Shown piece after piece: positions 34,209 to 43,099 of a stretch of 64,000 bases of DNA. Source of the stretch: a virus; the IMG/VR virus record IMGVR_UViG_3300020202_000074, positions 1,023-65,022 of that record, one strand, 5' to 3'. The position numbers were made by a program, and so were the translations under genes. The notes under the pieces are model-generated. The model was not told the DNA's origin. It made no database searches and saw only the letters and a list, made by a program, of their open reading frames with translations. The stretch's first letter is position 1. Each line of letters starts with the position of its first letter.

Positions 34209-37200
34209 TCAATCGGACGAAGCTTTCTGCTGCGGCGGGGGCGTTCCCACCGGCAACCCCGTGTAGGGGTCCTTGACCTGGAAGCTCTTGAACGGGGCGA
34301 ACGCCATGGCGCGGATCTTCTTTTCCTGCTCCGCCTTGATGGCCATCTCCTTGAGCGTCCGAAGTGTAGCCGCGTCAAGGGTCACCGTTTCAGGTCGTTT
34401 TACTATTTCCGAGCGCCGTCTCGATGTCTCCGCCTCGATGATCGCCGTCTTCGTCAACCCCTGGTTCCGAGCCCTGGTCGCCACGATCTCCTGATACTGT
34501 CTCCGAACCTCGGGCGGCATCCCGTCCAACATCCGCTCGCTCCGAGGCACCTCTCGCTGCCGGATAGCGGCCTTGATCTGCGTTTGGCTCACCGTCAGAG
34601 GGACCCCGAACCGCTTCTGGAACTCCGCCTGCACCGCCTGGGCACCTGCGACGTCATTCGCCAGCAGCTTGGCCATCGCTCGCTGCCGGTACTCGATGAT
34701 CTCCTCGCGGTTCTTGGCCAGGTACCCATCAATGTCCGATCCCCGCTTATGGTTCTGGAGGTCGATCCCTAGGCCCTCCAGGACCAGGGCGGTCGGGCTT
34801 CGGTATTCGATCAGGGAACCGTCCCCCTGGAAGACCGGCACCATCCCATCAGGCGTGGCGTGTCCCCAGTCCGCATACCTCTTCTGCATCGATCCCGGCA
34901 GGCCCGCGAGCACCGATCTCGGCATCTCCGGCAGCACGCCCATCGCCTTCGACAAGGCCAGGCCTCCCGGCACCAGCCTCGGGATGGTCATCGACATCAG
35001 GGCCGCGTCGCCCGACGCATAGGACCGGAACATATCCCAGGGGATCTGGGCGATCGGCGGTAGATTGATCGGGTCCTCTTCGCCGAGGGCTCGCTCGCCG
35101 AACGGGTTGCTCGCCGCGACGATCCCGCCCCGCAGAGGGTCCACTCCGAGGAGGTTCTTGCCCACCTCGTACGCGATGGCGCTGGTGCCCAGCAGCCGGA
35201 GTCCGTCCCACAAAGCAGCGGGGCCAGGGAGTTCCTGGTCGGTGCCCCGAAGGAGGCGCTTGCCCTCACCCAGGCGGCCGGGACCCCGGAACGTCTGAGA
35301 GAAGGATCGCATCGGGAACTGCTGGAACTGCCGAACGAGTGGGTTGGAGCCGATCGAATCCGGGTGGAGGAACATCCGAGGCGTATTCTCGGGGCCGCCG
35401 CCGAACTGCGTCTGATTGACGAACCTCCGAACCTCCTCCGCTACGCCCACCTTGTCCGTGAAGCCACGGGCGGACGCGGCGTACTCGGCCGCGTGGGCCG
35501 TGACGATGCGGTTGCTCCACTCGGCGTACTGGAAGGGGGCGAGCATCATGTCGCCAATCCGCTCCCACGTGCCCTTCTCTCCGCCGCTGAAGAGCTGCTG
35601 GTCGATAGCGTTGAAGGGGTCCCGTGACAGTCCCAGGAGGGACTCGCCGTAGAAGTTCTCGTGCCGGAAGGTCTTCTTGATCAGCTCGGCGTGCGCCGCC
35701 TCGCTGATGTTGCGGCCCAGCTTCCAGCGGCCCTGGATGTAGGCGCCCATCTCCTTGAACATTTGGCCGTAGCCGTGGACAACCGCTTGGGTCCCCAGGT
35801 ATCCGTGGGCGTGGAGCCAGGGCTGAGTGGCATTGAGCATGACCGCACCCATGTTGAGGCCCAGGTGGCTGCGGTAGAGCCACTTCGCTGTCCAGTCCGC
35901 TAAGGAGCGAGCTTTCTGCGGCGTCACCTCCGATGCGCCCATCCGCTCAGCAGCGTCGACGAACGAGGCGCCCCAGTCCCCAGCTCCTCGGAGCTTCTGG
36001 AACCACGACGATTCCACCATCCGGCGCCAGTTGTCCTGGACCTTGAGCACCGTAGGCGTGAGCATGCCAGGCGCCGTGACCAAGCTGTTGGTCACCGCCG
36101 GCAGCCACACATCTCGCAGCGAGCGGGCAGTGGTCCGATCTTTCATGAATCGATGGCCGATCGCCACTAGGTCCACGTTGCTGAGACCGCCGATGGGCTC
36201 CGCCAGAGCCTTCTTCTCCAGCTCGGGAGCCAGACCCATCGAGTTACGGAGGTTGGCGAGGTGCTCTGGCCGCACGGGGCTGACATACATCGCGTAGTCG
36301 GTGCCGTACTTGTGCCGATACTTTCGGAGGGACTCCCAGTGGTCGATCTTGTGGAGAACCGCGAACGAGTCCCCCGCCAGGGTGGCCTCCCCGGCAGCGA
36401 TCTCCGCCTCCAGGGCGTCGGTGGCTCCGAATCTCCGGTACCGTGCGAGGGACTCAGGGTGCCACGACGGACCGGTGGACCGAAGGACGCCGTAGCCACC
36501 GGAGCGGACTCGATTGGTGCCGTAGATATCCTTGAGGGGCACCGCCTGGGGGTTGTGGAAGACCGGCAGGTTGCGGGGCACATAGTGGCCATGGGCGATG
36601 GAGGCCTCGTGCGCGTTCTTCACCAAGGCGAGGAACTGGTCTTCCTTGATGGCGCCTCGACGAAGAGCCTCGGACACCGTGGGACCGTGGAGCTGGTCGA
36701 GGATGTCCATTCCGACCGCCCAGTCGTCAGTGCTGAGGGCGTCATGCCAGGTGGGAGCCAGCTCTCCGCCGACAGCGGCCTGCGTGCGGCCTCTCCAGAA
36801 GCGGGAGACCTTCTTCGGGTCGATCGCGCCAGCCTCATCCTCGAACAGAAGTTTGTGAGCCTTCCGGTAGAAACCGGTCTCAGGGTGATACACTGCATCG
36901 AAGAGTTCCCGAGCGCCCGGTGTCTCGTTGAGAACTCGATCGGCTTGCTCGTATCCGTCGACGAGGGCCGGCTGGGTGACCTCCTCGAAGGCCAACTCGA
37001 ACCGATCGTCCTTTAGAGCCGCCTTGGGGAATCGGACCACGACGTCCTCCCCAAGCCGGTTTGCCCGAATCTCCATGGCGGAGTGCACGTCCTCCACCAG
37101 GCGACGCTGCCGAAGGTCCTTGAGCTTCGTGACATCGAGGCTGGTGATCTTGTTGGCCGCCTTGAACTTGTCGACGGCGGACTGGAAGTGCTCGATGTCC

Positions 37201-37649
37201 TTGAGCTGCACATCCTGTCGGATGCGGACTGCTTCGTGAAGGATGGACCCGAGGCCGGTGCCTTGGAGGTCCTCTTGAAGGGTGTCGAAGGAAGCCAGGG
37301 CGCTGTGGTGTTCGCGGACGAAGGCGCCGAACTTCCGGGACCCCGAGTACACCGACTTGCCCGCGAGATGAGAGGACCTGGCCACCGGTTGACTGAGGAA
37401 CATCAGCCAGACGAGGGGGTTCGTGGCGATGTCGATCACCGCGTTGGTGATGGAGTGGTCGCCAAACTTCGACTTCAGCCGCTGGGTGAGGCCGTCGCGC
37501 TCCGCCGGTGATAGACGGTTCTGGTCGAAGAGATCGTGATGGATGCCTGCCAGGGTGACTTCGTCGTCGAGGATCTGGTTGATCAACAGCGACGGCGCTT
37601 CGTAGACCGAGGGGGGCTCAAACGCAACAGGCTGGAACGCTACGGCCAT
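34209..37649 (-). CDS. large internal virion/ejection protein
   Basis: 1146 aa, mostly helical, at end of morphogenesis operon; positional inference. Confidence 0.55.
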   Translation of the reverse strand: MAVAFQPVAFEPPSVYEAPSLLINQILDDEVTLAGIHHDLFDQNRLSPAERDGLTQRLKSKFGDHSITNAVIDIATNPLVWLMFLSQPVARSSHLAGKSVYSGSRKFGAFVREHHSALASFDTLQEDLQGTGLGSILHEAVRIRQDVQLKDIEHFQSAVDKFKAANKITSLDVTKLKDLRQRRLVEDVHSAMEIRANRLGEDVVVRFPKAALKDDRFELAFEEVTQPALVDGYEQADRVLNETPGARELFDAVYHPETGFYRKAHKLLFEDEAGAIDPKKVSRFWRGRTQAAVGGELAPTWHDALSTDDWAVGMDILDQLHGPTVSEALRRGAIKEDQFLALVKNAHEASIAHGHYVPRNLPVFHNPQAVPLKDIYGTNRVRSGGYGVLRSTGPSWHPESLARYRRFGATDALEAEIAAGEATLAGDSFAVLHKIDHWESLRKYRHKYGTDYAMYVSPVRPEHLANLRNSMGLAPELEKKALAEPIGGLSNVDLVAIGHRFMKDRTTARSLRDVWLPAVTNSLVTAPGMLTPTVLKVQDNWRRMVESSWFQKLRGAGDWGASFVDAAERMGASEVTPQKARSLADWTAKWLYRSHLGLNMGAVMLNATQPWLHAHGYLGTQAVVHGYGQMFKEMGAYIQGRWKLGRNISEAAHAELIKKTFRHENFYGESLLGLSRDPFNAIDQQLFSGGEKGTWERIGDMMLAPFQYAEWSNRIVTAHAAEYAASARGFTDKVGVAEEVRRFVNQTQFGGGPENTPRMFLHPDSIGSNPLVRQFQQFPMRSFSQTFRGPGRLGEGKRLLRGTDQELPGPAALWDGLRLLGTSAIAYEVGKNLLGVDPLRGGIVAASNPFGERALGEEDPINLPPIAQIPWDMFRSYASGDAALMSMTIPRLVPGGLALSKAMGVLPEMPRSVLAGLPGSMQKRYADWGHATPDGMVPVFQGDGSLIEYRSPTALVLEGLGIDLQNHKRGSDIDGYLAKNREEIIEYRQRAMAKLLANDVAGAQAVQAEFQKRFGVPLTVSQTQIKAAIRQREVPRSERMLDGMPPEVRRQYQEIVATRARNQGLTKTAIIEAETSRRRSEIVKRPETVTLDAATLRTLKEMAIKAEQEKKIRAMAFAPFKSFQVKDPYTGLPVGTPPPQQKASSD

Positions 37650-37659
37650 CGGAGATTAT

Positions 37660-37836
37660 ATGAGGAACTACTACTACACGCTGCAAGTGCAGATCGAAGC
37701 CGAGAGCCAGGAACAAGCAGATGAGCTTGTCCGACTGCTAATGGGTATGGGGGCCGAAGACGAGGTTTCGGAAGTCGATCCTGCTCCGTCAAAGGTGGTG
37801 GGGTGGGAAACGACGTACGTACGGGAGGCTCTGTGA
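37660..37836 (+). CDS. 58-aa protein (not in ORF track)
   Basis: SD GGAG; MRNYYYTLQVQIEAESQEQADELVRLL..; GTGA coupling. Confidence 0.6.
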   Translation: MRNYYYTLQVQIEAESQEQADELVRLLMGMGAEDEVSEVDPAPSKVVGWETTYVREAL

Positions 37837-38078
37837 AGACCATCATCCACGTGAACAAGCACGTGATCGCCAAGAACAACAAGCACGGGACGAAGGAGCC
37901 TCCGATTGCGGTCCGATGGGGCTATGGCCCAGCGACGTACACGCATGCGGTGGCGATTCTAGGTCCTAGCGTGGTGGTCTACCGGCCCGATAAACCCCTC
38001 CCGTGTGGTGCCAAGGTGTGGATCGAGACAGAGTCCCCTGTCCACATCCCGAAGCGTCGAAGCAAGAAGGTCAAGTGA
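37833..38078 (+). CDS. conserved small phage protein
   Basis: KTIIHVNKHVI..GPSVVVYRPDKPLPCGAKVWIET pattern; SD GGGAGG. Confidence 0.75.
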   Translation: MKTIIHVNKHVIAKNNKHGTKEPPIAVRWGYGPATYTHAVAILGPSVVVYRPDKPLPCGAKVWIETESPVHIPKRRSKKVK

Positions 38079-38142
38079 GGAGGGGCCCCATCGGATAGAT
38101 GAGACCCCTCTGGTGGTGGGGAAATCAAAGAAGCTCGACGCC

Positions 38143-38700
38143 TTATTGAGCGCGTTCGCGGAGCCGCAAGCCGATGCGGAGGCCGGTGACGTTGGTCGGG
38201 CCCTCAGACAGGACGAGCAGAAGACCGCCGGCGGGGATCTTGTTGAACTCCGGCCGAATCACGAGGTCCGTCTTGGTCCTCTGGACCAGGGGCTGGTAGG
38301 AGAACGACCCTTCACTCGAAGAGTCATCGCCGAGGTTCAGCCGCTCGCTGATGAACTGTCGATTTGACCAGGCGCCCATGACGCTCTGTCCATCCTTGAC
38401 GGACAAGAGCCGTAGCCGAGCGAGGTCGACGGTGGAGATGCTCTCCGACCGCACCCATGCAGCGTCCACATAAGTGTCCTTGTCGGGACAAAAGCTGCCG
38501 CCGGCCGCTGTGTAAAGAGCGTTCTCCGAGCTCAGAGCGCCCGAAGTAGAGACACTGGATGTCTGGCTTACCGTTGAGATCGACGTCGAAGCCAGCGAGT
38601 CCGAAGAGATGTCGTACTGGGCAAACGAAGAGACCGTGAAGGGCCCCATGAAGTACACGTAGAACAGGTCACGATATTCAGAACGCGGAATAAGGCCCAT
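38143..38700 (-). CDS. putative virion protein with Ser/Thr-rich segment
   Basis: in morphogenesis operon; SSDSLASTSISTVSQTSSVSTS. Confidence 0.55.
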   Translation of the reverse strand: MGLIPRSEYRDLFYVYFMGPFTVSSFAQYDISSDSLASTSISTVSQTSSVSTSGALSSENALYTAAGGSFCPDKDTYVDAAWVRSESISTVDLARLRLLSVKDGQSVMGAWSNRQFISERLNLGDDSSSEGSFSYQPLVQRTKTDLVIRPEFNKIPAGGLLLVLSEGPTNVTGLRIGLRLRERAQ

Positions 38701-38841
38701 AGGCACCCCCAACAAACGGTCATTGTCCCCCTACTTTCGCTTGAGCCGTAGGGTGTAGCTCCGAACCGAGCAAGGATCCGAGGCCCGCTACGCAGTACCC
38801 GGATCGGTCCGGAGATGCGATCTCCGGAGATGTGCAAGACT

Positions 38842-39360
38842 CTAGAGCCCCTCTAGGGGATCCGGAGTCCGGAAGGCGTTGTCGGACATCCGCATCGCGA
38901 CCTCCTCTAGGAGATCGGTGCGTGGTTGTCCCCCCAGAACCACCGCGCCACGCGGAAGTCGACGACCCGCCAGAACTTGATTATAGAGGTCCGGAGCCAC
39001 AGCGGCCAGCCTCGCGGCGTTGCCCGCCATGTCCCGTTCCAACCGCTGTCGTCTGAGTCCCTGAGCCGCTCGCTGGTTCATCAGCGCCCGCTCCGCCTCG
39101 ATCATATTTTGGTACTGCCGATCAGGGTCAGCCCTTACCGCTTCTCGCACAGGGCTGGTCAGGTCCCACCCGAAGAGGGCGGTACCTGTTCCGATTCCCG
39201 CCGCTGTGGTCTTCGACACTCCTGGGCCACCAAGCAGCAGGCTCTTGGGGTTGATGCCCTTGGCCTTCGCGAGCCCAGAGCGCGCCACTCCCGCGCCGGT
39301 CTTGGACGCGGCGGAGAATGCTTTTTCAGCAAGACTGGCAGCTCGGGAGAAGGCCGACAT
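38842..39360 (-). CDS. putative internal virion protein
   Basis: Ala/Gly-rich N-terminus, helical; position. Confidence 0.5.
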   Translation of the reverse strand: MSAFSRAASLAEKAFSAASKTGAGVARSGLAKAKGINPKSLLLGGPGVSKTTAAGIGTGTALFGWDLTSPVREAVRADPDRQYQNMIEAERALMNQRAAQGLRRQRLERDMAGNAARLAAVAPDLYNQVLAGRRLPRGAVVLGGQPRTDLLEEVAMRMSDNAFRTPDPLEGL

Positions 39361-39363
39361 TGA

Positions 39364-39780
39364 TTACAGAAGTCCTTGGGCGGCGTAGCGTTCCATGAGT
39401 GAGGGCTGGCTGATCTGGCTGAGCGACTCGAACGTCGCCTGGTGTTGCTCAGTGAGGGCATCGAGAAAAGCTCGATCCCGCTGTGCGATGTTACGCACGC
39501 CGGTGGAGACTTCTCGGCCCACATCCTCTCGCTGCTTGGCGTAGCGGCCCATCATGTTGCTGAGGGTCTTGTCCGCAGCGGGGCCCCCAATCGCGTCGAT
39601 CTCGTTGTAGGCATTGAGGAACCTCGCCCCCCGGTCTTCGTTGGACGCCATCCGACGCGCGGGCTCGAAGCCCTCTTGGAACCGGTCGGCCACGTCGTAG
39701 GCGAGCAGGGGCCAAAGGATAGCGTCGAGGCCTCGCAGCCCCATCTTGCCAAGCCCCTTTAGCATGTCTAGCTTAGGCAT
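39364..39780 (-). CDS. putative internal virion protein
   Basis: coupled ORF, helical. Confidence 0.5.
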   Translation of the reverse strand: MPKLDMLKGLGKMGLRGLDAILWPLLAYDVADRFQEGFEPARRMASNEDRGARFLNAYNEIDAIGGPAADKTLSNMMGRYAKQREDVGREVSTGVRNIAQRDRAFLDALTEQHQATFESLSQISQPSLMERYAAQGLL

Positions 39781-40075
39781 AGCGTATTGCTCCTACGAAA
39801 CTCCACTCGGTGTCAGGATCGTAGTAGCTCCAAAGCGCGATGGAACCATCAGTGGGGAACAGCTTCCGCCGCAGCCACAGCTCCCGTCTCAGGGACTTGA
39901 GGTGAATGAGCTGGCCCTCGAAGTGGATAATCTCCGCATCGCTGAGGAGGTGGATCCTTTCCCCACCACCATCGAGGATGTCGGGTAGGGACTTGCCGTC
40001 GATGTCGACGGCGGCCGCTCCGTCTACGTTGTGGTGGTCCACCAGCTGCTTCGTCGCTTCTTTCCAATCCGCCAC
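39773..40075 (-). CDS. hypothetical protein
   Basis: SD GGAG, GTG start abutting upstream stop. Confidence 0.55.
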   Translation of the reverse strand: MADWKEATKQLVDHHNVDGAAAVDIDGKSLPDILDGGGERIHLLSDAEIIHFEGQLIHLKSLRRELWLRRKLFPTDGSIALWSYYDPDTEWSFVGAIRYA

Positions 40076-41683
40076 TTACTCCTCCTCGCCCTCTCCGGGC
40101 AAAGTGCCAACGGTGATCAGATCTCGTAGGTTGCCCTGCTGCTCCTCCATGTCGAGGAGCTGCTTCTCCACGTCCGCGATCTCCTTGGAGTCCTTCATCA
40201 GGTCCTGGAGGCCCAGCTCCACGAGCACCGTCGGGTGTTCCTTGAAGTACGCGGCCCTCTGCGCCTCGGTCATGCCCTCGGTCGCCTTCTTCAGATACTC
40301 CTTGGCGATGCTCAGGTTCTCGGCGTGCTTGGGGTTCAGCTGCGGGATCGCCGCATCCATCACGGTCTGTAGCCTGATGAGCCGGCCCATCCCCTGCCGG
40401 ATGGACTTCACGAACTCGTCCTTGCCCTCGGTCTTCTTCCGCACCTCAGCGCCCAGACTTCCATCTTCGTTCTGCGTTTGCACCGCTTCTTGATCGGGCC
40501 TTGCCCCAGCGGAGGCGTCCAGCGCCTTCTGCTCTGCCTCCTGCTCGGTGCCGTACCACAGGTGTTCGTCAGCCACGGAGGCCACGCCCTGAAGGATGCC
40601 CCGAAGCTGAGTAGGAGACATGCCATACTGCTCCATAGTCCGCTGCACACCCTCGGCGATCTCCTGCGATTCCTCCGGCGTGATCTTGCCATCCGCGTCG
40701 ACCCTCTGATGCAGTGCCATCAACGAAGCCATCGCCTCGCTAAGCCCCTCCGCCGGTGCTCCGGTGATCTGGGAGTAGTTCCTCACGACAGCGCTCATCA
40801 CCGCCATCGCGCTGTCATTGGGACTGGCCGCCTGTCCGAAGCTGGTCTCGATGGGGCCCATCACCGTGAGCGACGCCCGGTTCCCCAGATCGTTCATCTC
40901 ATCGGGCGCAAGGCCCTGGGCTTTGCCGCCTTCCTCACCCGCCGCACCCTGGAAGGTGTGCTGGAGCTTCTCCCAGAACCCCTTGGGCTTCCGGATATCC
41001 ATCAGGGTGTTCCAGTTGTCATCCCCCACCTGCGCTCCCGCCAGCTCCAGGATCGCCGCCTTGGCCGCGTGGTTCCCCGCCAGGGCGGAGTCTTGCTCCA
41101 CCTTTAGGGACTCGGCCTGCTGGGTGACGAACTCCGCGATCTTCTTGTTGATCTTGTCCACCTGCCCGGACCGCAGCGCCTCGTGCTGCATCTTCGCCAG
41201 AGCGGCAGCCTTCTCGACACGGTGCAGCTCCCGAGCGTTCTTCAACCGCTCCGCCTGGATCTCCTTGACCTTCTTGCCTCGGGCCTTGAGCTCAGCTTCC
41301 GCGTACGAGCGGTCCTTCTCGAAGAGGTCCCGCTGCTGTTTGGCCACCTTGTCCTGGTACTCGAACTCCTTCTGCTGCTGGGCATCCTGGTGGGCTCGCT
41401 GACGGTCCCAGCCCTCCTGCTGCATTCGCTCCTTGGCGAGCTCGGTCTGGTTCTGGCCCTGAGCCATGCGCTCTTGGGCCTCTCGGTCGGAGATCCAACG
41501 CTCGTGCTCGTTCTTGGACTCCTGCTTCTGGAAGTCCAGCTGCTTCACAGCGATCTGATTCTTGGTCTGCCGATCGTGCTTCTCGATCTCGATCTGGCTC
41601 TTTTGGTGAAGTAGACCGATGAGCTCCGGAGTTAGATCCGTGCCCGGCGACTTCAATCCCCCACCACCACTTGCGCTCGGCAT
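40076..41683 (-). CDS. coiled-coil internal virion/ejection protein
   Basis: Q/E/K/A-rich helices; TAATG coupling. Confidence 0.55.
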   Translation of the reverse strand: MPSASGGGGLKSPGTDLTPELIGLLHQKSQIEIEKHDRQTKNQIAVKQLDFQKQESKNEHERWISDREAQERMAQGQNQTELAKERMQQEGWDRQRAHQDAQQQKEFEYQDKVAKQQRDLFEKDRSYAEAELKARGKKVKEIQAERLKNARELHRVEKAAALAKMQHEALRSGQVDKINKKIAEFVTQQAESLKVEQDSALAGNHAAKAAILELAGAQVGDDNWNTLMDIRKPKGFWEKLQHTFQGAAGEEGGKAQGLAPDEMNDLGNRASLTVMGPIETSFGQAASPNDSAMAVMSAVVRNYSQITGAPAEGLSEAMASLMALHQRVDADGKITPEESQEIAEGVQRTMEQYGMSPTQLRGILQGVASVADEHLWYGTEQEAEQKALDASAGARPDQEAVQTQNEDGSLGAEVRKKTEGKDEFVKSIRQGMGRLIRLQTVMDAAIPQLNPKHAENLSIAKEYLKKATEGMTEAQRAAYFKEHPTVLVELGLQDLMKDSKEIADVEKQLLDMEEQQGNLRDLITVGTLPGEGEEE

Positions 41684-41856
41684 TAGTTACCCTCTCGCTC
41701 TGCCCCTGCCGGTACCGTTTCGCCCACGACCTCTGCGAGGATATGTGCCAGTTGCCGAATGTGCTCCCTCTGCTGCTCTAACGATGTGGGTCCCCAGAAG
41801 GACTCCCTCTCGATCTTTCGCAATACCGGCAGAAAGTGTTCACATCGCGTGATCAT
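41683..41856 (-). CDS. 57-aa protein (not in ORF track)
   Basis: SD AAAGGAG; MITRCEHFLPVLRKIERES.. Confidence 0.55.
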   Translation of the reverse strand: MITRCEHFLPVLRKIERESFWGPTSLEQQREHIRQLAHILAEVVGETVPAGAEREGN

Positions 41857-41866
41857 AGGGGCTCCT

Positions 41867-43099
41867 TTAGGACATCTGGAACGAGGCGTCCATTGGGTGG
41901 ACGCCCTGACGCTTCTGGAGGTCCGTCACGTTGGCCAGCATCAACAGCGCATCGAACTGGCTCGTGGGATTGTATGGGAACCGCTGGAGGATGTCCGCAT
42001 ACATGGCCTGCCCGTTCAGTCGGGCCTGGATGGACGCCATCTGGGCGGCCTGCTTGTACCCCTCGCCCACCTCATAGAGCTGCGACGCCCGCTCGTTGGC
42101 CTGCAACCGCTGTCGGCTGAGGTCCACCATCTGGTTTCCCGCGTTGGTGTCGTACGCCCCCAGCGTCTGGGCGTTGCCCTGGAGAATGCCCGCCTGAGAA
42201 AACTTCGCCTGGCTGATGTTGTTGGTCAGCGACGCGATCATCTCGTTCTGCCGGCTCTGGATACCAGTGATCACCTGCTGCCGAGAGCCCTCGAAGTCCT
42301 GCCGGAGGGCGGCACGCGCCTGCTGGATCTCCCCCGCCGTCATCACGTTGCCATCAGGCCCGAGGCCCGTCTCCAGCTGCTTGGCCTGGGTCTCGAAGCT
42401 ACGTTGCATCCCCCAGATGTTCGAGGAGATGTCCGCCGCCGTCATGTCCTTGAAACCCGTCAAAGCCTTCTGGGCGAAATCCACACCTCCCTGGGCAGCG
42501 GTGGCAGCCTGCCCGAGGCCCTTCTGGAGGTCGGTGCGGCCCCGTTCCGAGAGGGCCCGCCACTCGTCCATCCCCTGCTGCCCGAGTCCCTTCAGCTCTT
42601 CAGCCTGCCCCTGTAGGACACCCGCCGAGGCGTTGGCCTGACCCATCAGCTTGCCTTCGTAGCCTTCGATGTCGGTGCCCAGCTGCCCAAGCAGATCTCG
42701 GCCCGCCTCGAACTGGTACCGGGACGCCGCCTCCTGCTGAGCGAAGTCCCCGCCGGGTCCGAACATGGCGCCGAACGCCTGGTCGAACATCGTGGGCCCC
42801 CGGCTCTGCTGCTGTTGGGCCCGCCACTCACTCATTAGCCTGTTGTACGCGTTGTTCCCCGCCCGCAGCGCTTCTGACGACGCCATGTGGTCGGTCATCG
42901 GCTGGGGTTTGGGCATGATCTTCTTGGGGCCACCCATCTTGCCCTTCATCCACGAGAAGGATGGAGCTGGCATGATGCCCATCCCGCCGCTCTGGTAGCC
43001 GCCGTAGTTGCCCTGGCCCATGGAGCCGTAGCCCCCAGGACCGCCAAACCCCGAGGACTGGCCCTGACCGTACGGATTAGGCGGTAGCGATAGCGGCAC
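41867..43099 (-). CDS. Gly/Gln-rich DNA pilot/ejection-like protein
   Basis: G/Q/A-rich helical composition typical of podovirus ejection proteins; position. Confidence 0.5.
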   Translation of the reverse strand: MPLSLPPNPYGQGQSSGFGGPGGYGSMGQGNYGGYQSGGMGIMPAPSFSWMKGKMGGPKKIMPKPQPMTDHMASSEALRAGNNAYNRLMSEWRAQQQQSRGPTMFDQAFGAMFGPGGDFAQQEAASRYQFEAGRDLLGQLGTDIEGYEGKLMGQANASAGVLQGQAEELKGLGQQGMDEWRALSERGRTDLQKGLGQAATAAQGGVDFAQKALTGFKDMTAADISSNIWGMQRSFETQAKQLETGLGPDGNVMTAGEIQQARAALRQDFEGSRQQVITGIQSRQNEMIASLTNNISQAKFSQAGILQGNAQTLGAYDTNAGNQMVDLSRQRLQANERASQLYEVGEGYKQAAQMASIQARLNGQAMYADILQRFPYNPTSQFDALLMLANVTDLQKRQGVHPMDASFQMS

